Assembly: GCA_021821445.1 (NCBI GenBank)
Contig: JAKACK010000002.1
Coordinates: 3,224 to 67,223, forward strand
Length of the DNA stretch: 64,000 nt
Reading direction: 5' to 3'
Origin: Candidatus Micrarchaeota archaeon
GTDB lineage: Archaea > Micrarchaeota > Micrarchaeia > Micrarchaeales > Micrarchaeaceae
Numbering within the stretch: the stretch's first letter is position 1; each line of letters opens with the position of its first letter. Under the pieces are notes generated by a model, which ran no database searches, had not been told where the DNA came from, and saw only the letters and a program-made list of their open reading frames with translations. This document shows positions 56,573 through 64,000 of this stretch, piece after piece. The position numbers and the translations under genes were made by a program.

Positions 56573-57226
56573 TTAAGAGGCCGTAGGCTTAAAAGATTTA
56601 AAACCCTCATAAATCTCTGAAATTCCTCTTATAACAATATAAGTTACCAATATTGCTGTCAATATATATCCGATTAATATGGGGTAGTTTAAGTCCCAAA
56701 CTAAAATTAAATACGAGAAAGTAACGAATTTTGTTATCTGTATACCTGCTCTGCTAAAATTAGAAGAGAAGATCATATCTGTGAATTTCGATTTCATTTT
56801 AGATGAAGTGCCTTTAGCTCCAAGAAGTGCATCTGCAAAGGAATGACGTACAATTATTATCAGTATAACAAATAATGGTAATACATGTAGAAACACAAAA
56901 ACAGCCCATAATGCATATTCTGTTACTCTATCCCCTGCTATATCTAATCTAGGACCATAAGGTGCTATTTTAGATACCGCATGTTTATAAGCAACAACTT
57001 TTTTATGCATATCCTTATTGCCCATAGTGCTTTTTATATAAGTAATAAATCCAATTTTACCTTTACTAGCTTCACTAACTGCAAAAAAACCATCAAGAGC
57101 ATCTGAAGCTAAATCTAAAGCAAACAAAATTATAGTGAATAAAGGATCAAACTTTATCACTATTAAATATACAATGAGAATCATTATAGCCGTTCTTATA
57201 TAAGTTGTTAGATCTGCTTTTCTCAT
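56573..57226 (-). CDS. CDP-alcohol phosphatidyltransferase family protein
   Basis: ADLTTYIR, SDALDGFFA...GPRLDIAGDR (with an insertion), TM helices. Confidence 0.85.
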   Translation of the reverse strand: MRKADLTTYIRTAIMILIVYLIVIKFDPLFTIILFALDLASDALDGFFAVSEASKGKIGFITYIKSTMGNKDMHKKVVAYKHAVSKIAPYGPRLDIAGDRVTEYALWAVFVFLHVLPLFVILIIIVRHSFADALLGAKGTSSKMKSKFTDMIFSSNFSRAGIQITKFVTFSYLILVWDLNYPILIGYILTAILVTYIVIRGISEIYEGFKSFKPTAS

Positions 57227-57249
57227 TTAATTACCTAAAAATAATGGAT

Positions 57250-58707
57250 TTAACTTGCAGTTAAATTAACTGAAACATCTATCCCTCTTTCTCCATTAAT
57301 GAACATCGTATAATTACTTCCATTAATTGGTACTACCGCAATTGGTTTATTAAAAGGAATTCTTATAGAAGTATTATAATTTGTCAATTTGACCGATATG
57401 TTTCCATGCAACATAGACGCATTTGCAGCTACATTTGATTTTGAATTAATTGGGTGAATATAATTGTTAAACAGGTAAATTTCTCCTAAATAAACAAAGG
57501 TATAATTTGAATGTGGTGCAATTACATATCCTGAATTTATATACTGATGCATATCATTCAAATGTGGTATATATAGCTCACCATTATCACTTATTAAGAA
57601 GTTAAGTACATTATGATACCTTTCATTAAATACAAATTTTGAGAAACTTGAATTTACTACTATTTTATTTATTATTGTATTGCTGATCAAACTATGGTTT
57701 GTTAAAAATATAGGTTTTATTTTATAACTACTATTAATTACTCCAGATATACCTTTTCCACTACTATTTATATTAAATTTACTTGATTGATTATAACCAA
57801 ATCCACTACCATTTACATTAAATTTACCTGATTGATTATAACCAAATTTATATGGCATCATAGGTGTTATACCTGTATAATTTAACCCCACTATATTCAT
57901 AGATCCAAATAACATAACATTTCTTATTGTAATCGGATAATTATTATTATTTGTTAAAGTAAATGAAAAAAGTGTACTATTATTTTTGTATCCGACTAAA
58001 TTTTCATTACTAATTGTTAAATTAGGTTTAAATTGATTTAATCTTGCATTAACAGAAAAATTAACGTGAAGTTTTTTACCTAAAATAAAATCAGATTTAT
58101 TCAAATAAGTTTTATTTAATCCAAGTGCATAACCATATGGTTCAAATCCGAAAGAACTTTGATTTTCTGATGAATTATAAAATTGAATTACAGAGGGATT
58201 CAAATCAATCAATAAACCTAAATCTGATTTATTAAATAAGGTTGAATTAAATTCAAAACTATTTGGGGTTGATAGGTTATAAGTTTTATTACCTATTGAC
58301 ATATGACCATTTTCTAGATATAAGGTAATGTTATTTATCAAAATACCTCTTTTAATTTTTACTACTCCTAAAACCTGTGAATAATTACTTAAATTGAGCA
58401 GATTTATCCTTCCCTTATAATTTGTATTTATTACACTATTATTAGATAGACCTAACCTAAAACCTGTATAATTTATATATAAAGAGGTAGTATTTGTTGG
58501 AAGTTCCAAAGGGTCTGTTATTTCTATAGATACATTTTTAGGGGCGTAAAAACTATAAGTTGAATTTGTCACTACTGAATTTGTTGTTACTACTTTATAA
58601 TTAGTAGGAGTAGTATAAATGTAAATAGCTAATATAACCAATATAATACCTATTATTAGGTACGCAATATATTTTATACCTTTAGAACTTTCATTATTCG
58701 AATTCAT
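57250..58707 (-). CDS. Membrane-anchored Asn-rich surface protein (DUF4382-like N-domain)
   Basis: N-terminal TM helix, IEITDP...SLYINYT...GRINLLNL..SQVLG, many NxS/T sequons. Confidence 0.7.
   Translation of the reverse strand: MNSNNESSKGIKYIAYLIIGIILVILAIYIYTTPTNYKVVTTNSVVTNSTYSFYAPKNVSIEITDPLELPTNTTSLYINYTGFRLGLSNNSVINTNYKGRINLLNLSNYSQVLGVVKIKRGILINNITLYLENGHMSIGNKTYNLSTPNSFEFNSTLFNKSDLGLLIDLNPSVIQFYNSSENQSSFGFEPYGYALGLNKTYLNKSDFILGKKLHVNFSVNARLNQFKPNLTISNENLVGYKNNSTLFSFTLTNNNNYPITIRNVMLFGSMNIVGLNYTGITPMMPYKFGYNQSGKFNVNGSGFGYNQSSKFNINSSGKGISGVINSSYKIKPIFLTNHSLISNTIINKIVVNSSFSKFVFNERYHNVLNFLISDNGELYIPHLNDMHQYINSGYVIAPHSNYTFVYLGEIYLFNNYIHPINSKSNVAANASMLHGNISVKLTNYNTSIRIPFNKPIAVVPINGSNYTMFINGERGIDVSVNLTAS
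57758..57847. repeat. 45-nt tandem duplication (3 mismatches) encoding FGYNQS(G/S)KFN(V/I)N(G/S)SG
   Basis: Copies at 57758-57802 and 57803-57847. Confidence 0.9.
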
Positions 58708-58770
58708 ATAATCTACAAATTAATAACAATATTCATATATATATAACTTTCTAATGAATAAAGTGTTTAT

Positions 58771-59034
58771 ATGGTAACTGATACTGCAAAAGATATAATA
58801 AAAAAAGGAGAGATTGTGCTAGAGGTTAATAGGTCAGGTATAACCCAAAAATTAACTTTTAAAATTAAAAGGATAAAAGTAAGCAATGTAGAGTATGTTG
58901 AATTATTCTCTGATAAATTGATAGGATTTAGTGAATTACAAAGATTATCAAACGAAACAGGACTTCCAATAGAAAGCAATAATATAAAGGCATTTCCAAC
59001 TGGTTTAGGTATAAAAGATTTTATCAATTTATAA
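58771..59034 (+). CDS. Hypothetical protein (87 aa)
   Basis: ATG after AGTG, coding-like composition. Family not recognised. Confidence 0.7.
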   Translation: MVTDTAKDIIKKGEIVLEVNRSGITQKLTFKIKRIKVSNVEYVELFSDKLIGFSELQRLSNETGLPIESNNIKAFPTGLGIKDFINL

Positions 59035-59042
59035 AAATAAAA

Positions 59043-60830
59043 TTAAACTATCTCATCTGTCGCAATATCTGCATTTCCTGTAGCTGTATAATTTTGTTTG
59101 TTTAATGTATAATTTATTGTTAAATTATAATCTGTTCTAGTCGTATGTATAGGTATTGGTATATTGTAGCATTCTAAAAGAATTGAATTCGATGATTTTG
59201 GGATCAAAGTGGTATTTATTGGCGTGTACTTCTTCATTCCAGGTACATAACATGAACCATTATTCAATAATACTGTTTTATTTAAATTATTGGTTATATT
59301 CAAAGCCACTATATCCGTTGCATAGTCAAAGCCAACAAAACCACATGAAAGGTTTTTCGTACTTATACTACAATTACTTTGCACAGATGGTTTCCACTTA
59401 TATACATTTTGGCTTATATTAAGGGCATTTATTAAGTTATCTCCATTTACTGCTGACGCATTTTCGTAATAACTTTTTGTAAAGGAATATAGGTTCAAAC
59501 TATAATTAGATCCTAACTCAGTTGAATTTACTAAACTGTAATTTGTAAAATACTTCTTTTGATAAACAGGATTTATTAAAGTAGAACAAACATCTACTCC
59601 TGTTGTTATATTTCTATATACTCCTCCATAGCATATTCCATTATAAGTTGAGATATTGACAGGTTTAAGATTATCTAAAACTTGTGAAGAAAATACCCCA
59701 TATCCATTTTCAAATAAGTTATCATAACCTAAATTAGTTTTATTCAAAAAGGTAATTTGCCCTAAAGAAGAGTAATTAGAATAAATGAATCCTCCTTCAT
59801 ATTTAACAACATTAGGATTTGACTTTAAACTATTAACAATATCAGTAAATTCATCAGGTGTATAATTTTTGGATATAATATTTTTACAATTAAATGGCAA
59901 AGAGTTATTATAGACACTTACAATTTTATTCCATCCAAAATTGTAATAAGTACAAATACTCGTTGAATTATTATATTTAAAATAATCTCCAGTTAAACCA
60001 TCAAAATTAAATTCATTTCCCTTATACCCTTCAATACCTAATTCCGAATTAATCTCAGGTGTTGTAAGGTTACCCAATATCCAAAGATTTGATATTGCAG
60101 ATCCATTATTATATTTAGCATAAACACCATTGGTAATATTCGTAACAAGTGCAAAATAAGTTACAGTATTGCTAATTAATCCATTTGTAGATCCAAAAAG
60201 ATTCTTAAATGTTGTTAAATTGTAATTTGAGGACATCACTGATGAAAATCCAATACCCTTAGGTGATAAGTCATATTCATAAGTCTCATTAATTCCTTTA
60301 TTTGGTATAGATACATATAGATCAGGGGATTCTACAGGTGAAACATTCAAATTAAATCCGCTACTTGCATTCTTTTTATCTGTTATATTAAATAAACTTG
60401 CGGGATCTATTATACCTTCAAAATAATAACTCCCATTTTGTGCAAAGGTGTAATTAAAAGTCAAGTTTACAGTTTTATGGGCAGGCAAAGAAACCGTATA
60501 TGTCTTAATTGTGTTATTATTTAAGTAAACATCAAGTGGAATTTTATGCATATTTGAAGATCCTAAATTTTTTACATTCATACTTATTCCGATCTTACTA
60601 AATGGATATAATGAGTTAGAGGTATTATAATAGATAGGTTTTAAAGTTATTGATACATCATAAGAGTTGCTAACTCGCATGTTGAGGTAAATATAAAACG
60701 CAATAACTACGATTACTATTATTAAAATATAGAAAATTAAACTTCTGCTGCTTATCTTATACTTTTTAGAATTAGTATCAATTCCAGTATTATTACTTAT
60801 AGCATTATTATCATTTTTTTTATTAGTCAA
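59043..60830 (-). CDS. Membrane-anchored surface glycoprotein with CARDB/Ig-like domain and Cys-containing C-domain
   Basis: TM helix, VKNLGS...YLN...LPAH...FNYTF..NGSY...IDP, many sequons, paired Cys. Confidence 0.72.
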   Translation of the reverse strand: MTNKKNDNNAISNNTGIDTNSKKYKISSRSLIFYILIIVIVVIAFYIYLNMRVSNSYDVSITLKPIYYNTSNSLYPFSKIGISMNVKNLGSSNMHKIPLDVYLNNNTIKTYTVSLPAHKTVNLTFNYTFAQNGSYYFEGIIDPASLFNITDKKNASSGFNLNVSPVESPDLYVSIPNKGINETYEYDLSPKGIGFSSVMSSNYNLTTFKNLFGSTNGLISNTVTYFALVTNITNGVYAKYNNGSAISNLWILGNLTTPEINSELGIEGYKGNEFNFDGLTGDYFKYNNSTSICTYYNFGWNKIVSVYNNSLPFNCKNIISKNYTPDEFTDIVNSLKSNPNVVKYEGGFIYSNYSSLGQITFLNKTNLGYDNLFENGYGVFSSQVLDNLKPVNISTYNGICYGGVYRNITTGVDVCSTLINPVYQKKYFTNYSLVNSTELGSNYSLNLYSFTKSYYENASAVNGDNLINALNISQNVYKWKPSVQSNCSISTKNLSCGFVGFDYATDIVALNITNNLNKTVLLNNGSCYVPGMKKYTPINTTLIPKSSNSILLECYNIPIPIHTTRTDYNLTINYTLNKQNYTATGNADIATDEIV

Positions 60831-60834
60831 AAAA

Positions 60835-61290
60835 TCACCTTTTCTTTAATTCACCGATTACCGTTACAATTTTATCTTTTATCGGTTCTATTTCTGAATT
60901 TATATAGTAATTTAGCCATTCAGATTCATTATATTGCTCTACATCTGTTGGTATTAAAATATAATATTTTCCTTTTGAATGGTCAATTATATTCATATTT
61001 TTAAGGTGTAATAAATGATATCTTAATGTTTTTTCATTTATTTCACCCCAATTGCTTATTATATAATTTTTTATATCTAAAACAGTTGGATTGATCTTTT
61101 TACTAAATTGAAAATATAACATTGCATCAAAAACATATATAGAGCTTAACCTAGATTCTCCAGGATTTATTATACCTAAAGTTAAAGCTAGCCATCTAAC
61201 CATTGATCTTCTGGTTTCAATAACCTCTCCAGTCAACTTTAAATCTCTCAGTATTATTTCTCTATCTATTAACTTAGATTCGTTAAGCAA
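60835..61290 (-). CDS. Winged-helix DNA-binding protein
   Basis: RWLALTLG...GESR, INEKTLRYHLLHLKNMNII...KGKY. SD AGGTG plus TTG at 61290. Confidence 0.75.
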   Translation of the reverse strand: MLNESKLIDREIILRDLKLTGEVIETRRSMVRWLALTLGIINPGESRLSSIYVFDAMLYFQFSKKINPTVLDIKNYIISNWGEINEKTLRYHLLHLKNMNIIDHSKGKYYILIPTDVEQYNESEWLNYYINSEIEPIKDKIVTVIGELKKR

Positions 61291-61396
61291 ATTAAAGACA
61301 CCTATATTAAAATTCAATCCTAAATTATTTATAAGTAAGCAATAAAAATTAATACTATCTATATCATACAAAGGGATAATATAAAAGGTGATAAGG

Positions 61397-61741
61397 ATAA
61401 CAACAGAATTGGATGCAGAGTTTACACCAAAAAATCAAAAAAACAATCAAAATGAAATAAATGTATCCTTAAAAATAAAAAATAATTCTAAAGATTATTA
61501 TTGGTATGAATTTGAGATTGGTGTTAACGACCCATTATCATTAGTGTATGATCGAAAATTATCAAAAGGTAAATTTAGGCTAGGTATCCTAAATAGTACC
61601 GAAGAAAAAATCAAGGAGTTTAGAATATATAATTTAGAAAAAAATCAAAATCCAATTTACAATTTTAACATAACGATGTATGTATACGATAAAGATGGTG
61701 CTATATCAGAAAGGCTTGACCGGAATTTTGAAGACAAATAA
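61397..61741 (+). CDS. Hypothetical beta-sandwich protein (probable ATA start)
   Basis: The ORF-track GTG at 61388 lies inside the SD AGGTGA. ATA at 61397 has the usual spacing. Confidence 0.65.
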   Translation: MTTELDAEFTPKNQKNNQNEINVSLKIKNNSKDYYWYEFEIGVNDPLSLVYDRKLSKGKFRLGILNSTEEKIKEFRIYNLEKNQNPIYNFNITMYVYDKDGAISERLDRNFEDK

Positions 61742-61748
61742 AGCCATA

Positions 61749-62027
61749 TTACCTTTTTATAATAAAAGTATCTTTGAATTTATCAATATTGTCAGGTAAA
61801 GGTAATTCTTCAATATTGTAAACTTGAATTCCATAATCTGTATAAATATTTATTGAATTTATGAATTTTTCAACTAAATTGTCATCACCCAAAATAAGAA
61901 TTTCAACACTTCCATCTTCCATATTTTGAACATAACCATTTATTCTATATTTATCCGCTAGATTCTTTACAAAAGCTCTATAACCAACACCTTGAACTAT
62001 ACCATGCACGTGTATAAGCTTTTTCAA
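61749..62027 (-). CDS. acyP: Acylphosphatase
   Basis: VHGIVQGVGYR, GYVQNMEDGSVE. Confidence 0.95.
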   Translation of the reverse strand: MKKLIHVHGIVQGVGYRAFVKNLADKYRINGYVQNMEDGSVEILILGDDNLVEKFINSINIYTDYGIQVYNIEELPLPDNIDKFKDTFIIKR

Positions 62028-62029
62028 GT

Positions 62030-63142
62030 TTAACCACCAAATCTAAAGAAGAATCTTTTTATCATAAGTTTTAAGCTATCCATATCCCCGTATTTACCGA
62101 AAAAGGAATCAAGTCCAAATATATTCATCATCAATAAATTAAAATCAAATAGTCTGTTATTGAGTGATGAATAGTAAGAATGCAATATTTTATGCATTTT
62201 TAAATCATTTCCATAAGCTTTTCTCCAATCTCTATCATAATTCTGTAATGGTTTAGCTAATTTTATTGTATCCATTATTGATTTATAAGCTATATCTGCA
62301 CAGGATAATCCAAATATTAATCCACCACCTGTCGTAGATTTTGTTTGGCCTGCAGCATCACCTAAAAGTAAAACATTTCCAATAGCAGTTTTTTTCCTAA
62401 TTGAAATTGGTATTAAACTAGCATACACCGAATCCTGTTCAGCATTTTCTCCAATTATTTTATCTAAATAACCCCTACTTTTTAATTTGTCAAATGCAGT
62501 TTTACTAGTATAATTTGATTTAGGCTCTGTACCAATCCCAATTTCTGTTTTAGATTTAGAATATGGTATAGCCCAGCTAAAAAATCCTTTTGATATAGAG
62601 TTATCAAAAAATAGCTGTACCCTATCTAATTTGTTATATGCTGTATTTGAATATTGGACCTTATATGTCAATACATAATTAGATATTTCCGGAAATCCAA
62701 ATGCTTTTGCTGTATATGATACAACCCCATCTGAGCCAACTATTATTGTATCCCCATCATCTAAATTTCTTATTTCATTTAAATTCATTCTTTTTCCTAA
62801 ATGAACATTAGCTCCGCTTTTCATCGCGTTTTTATATGAATTTGATATCAATACCTTTCTATCTAAAACATACGCTTTTGGCTCTTTAGATAATACACTT
62901 AATTTTTTATTATTAGAATGTATATCTGCACCATACAATGTATTTATGAGCGCGCCTGTATAATCTATATTCAATCTTTTAACTCCGGAAATAGATAACA
63001 CTCCAGAGGCCTTGTCAGCACCATATTCAATATTCTTTTTTCCATCATATACATCTACATTTATACCGTTTTTAGCCAAATTCTCAGCTAACCTCAAACC
63101 CATCATTCCAGCTCCAATTATAACTACCCTATCATAAACCAA
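62030..63142 (-). CDS. Geranylgeranyl reductase family FAD oxidoreductase
   Basis: IIGAG, LDRK, GSDGV.S, FSWAIP, GDAAGQTK.TTGGG. Confidence 0.85.
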   Translation of the reverse strand: MVYDRVVIIGAGMMGLRLAENLAKNGINVDVYDGKKNIEYGADKASGVLSISGVKRLNIDYTGALINTLYGADIHSNNKKLSVLSKEPKAYVLDRKVLISNSYKNAMKSGANVHLGKRMNLNEIRNLDDGDTIIVGSDGVVSYTAKAFGFPEISNYVLTYKVQYSNTAYNKLDRVQLFFDNSISKGFFSWAIPYSKSKTEIGIGTEPKSNYTSKTAFDKLKSRGYLDKIIGENAEQDSVYASLIPISIRKKTAIGNVLLLGDAAGQTKSTTGGGLIFGLSCADIAYKSIMDTIKLAKPLQNYDRDWRKAYGNDLKMHKILHSYYSSLNNRLFDFNLLMMNIFGLDSFFGKYGDMDSLKLMIKRFFFRFGG

Positions 63143-63242
63143 TATAACTCACATTATTAAATTTTACAACAAACTATATTAAGCATAATTTAAAAAAGGT
63201 ATAAATATAGTAAAGTTCATAATATAAATAATAAGTGATACA

Positions 63243-63608
63243 ATGGTTAAAAAAAGCACCAATAAAACTGATGTTAAAAAGAAGGTAGTTAAAAAACAAG
63301 TCGTTAAAAAGGAGGCAAATTCGTCATTAGATAACCCTAAAATAAACATACAGAATATTGTTGTAAGTGCTGATTTACATGCAACAATAGATTTATACAG
63401 TTTATCAAGAGAAGTTAGAGCAGTAGATTATGAACCTGAACAATTTCCAGGTGCTATATTCAGAGTACCTGAATCAAAAGCAATAATACTATTCAAAAAT
63501 GGTAAAATGATCTGTACAGGTTCTAAAACAGAAAAGGAGGTAAAGACCATATTGGAATATGTATCAGGTGTTGTATCAAAATATGTTGTATCAATGAACA
63601 AGAGCTAA
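63243..63608 (+). CDS. Single-repeat (half) TATA-binding-protein homolog with Lys-rich N-tail
   Basis: INIQNIVVSADL..IDL...YEPEQFPGAIFR...IILFKNGKMICTGSK is one complete TBP repeat. The ORF ends with no room for a second. Confidence 0.88.
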   Translation: MVKKSTNKTDVKKKVVKKQVVKKEANSSLDNPKINIQNIVVSADLHATIDLYSLSREVRAVDYEPEQFPGAIFRVPESKAIILFKNGKMICTGSKTEKEVKTILEYVSGVVSKYVVSMNKS

Positions 63609-63611
63609 TAA

Positions 63612-64000
63612 TTATTTTTTCTTTGCTTTATACAAAATTTTATCAAATTCTTTAAAGAAATGCTCCCATGAGTATTCTTTTTTAACTCTTTTTAATCCTT
63701 CCTTACCAAATTTTTCTATTAAATTAGGATTATTTACTAAATAATCCATCTTTTCAGCCATTTGAAGCTCATTGTTGACTAAAAATCCAGTTTTATTATT
63801 TATAACCGTCTCTTTTGGGCCCCCCTCATTTACAACTATCACAGGTTTTGAACTTGCCATACCCTCCAAAGGAACTAAACCATAATCCTCATTTATCGGA
63901 GGATAAAGTACTGCAGATGCATTTGCATATAAATTTAGTAATTTTTTGTCATCTACATTCGTTAATATTTTTATGCCCTCTGTATTATTTGCAAACTTCT
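63612..64000 (-). CDS. GT4 family glycosyltransferase (5' part outside window)
   Basis: LYANASAVLYPPINEDYGLVPLEGMASSKPVIVVNEGGPKETV...TGFLV. Confidence 0.92.
   Translation of the reverse strand, partial: KFANNTEGIKILTNVDDKKLLNLYANASAVLYPPINEDYGLVPLEGMASSKPVIVVNEGGPKETVINNKTGFLVNNELQMAEKMDYLVNNPNLIEKFGKEGLKRVKKEYSWEHFFKEFDKILYKAKKK

Overview
This is a very AT-rich, gene-dense archaeal chromosome segment. Gene content suggests a DPANN archaeon, most likely Micrarchaeota/ARMAN-like (inference): RadA, PCNA, GINS, PriL, TFE, AglB, archaeal ribosomal proteins, bacterial-type gyrase, an unlinked 5S rRNA, GGTG(A) Shine-Dalgarno sites and BHB-intron tRNAs. It holds about 62 CDS, 7 tRNAs (4 with introns, one in the D-loop, one a rare tRNA-Ile(UAU)), a SUF operon with its own regulator and a palindromic operator, and a small defence island (HerA-like ATPase-nuclease plus type II R-M). 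No CRISPR array, integrase or transposase is seen. The most unusual signals are: (1) a ~50-nt promoter-driven sRNA (15630-15680, minus) that is antisense to two tandem RBS/AUG sites of a divergent orphan gene; (2) a ~235-nt, probably pseudoknotted RNA after aglB and two further structured intergenic RNAs beside radA and gyrB; (3) a single-repeat half-TBP; (4) an ORB-like inverted repeat pair flanking an AT-rich spacer next to gins; (5) probable AUA start codons; (6) a 951-aa tandem metallophosphoesterase/coiled-coil protein. All family calls come from motif recognition by eye. No database searches or folding programs were run.
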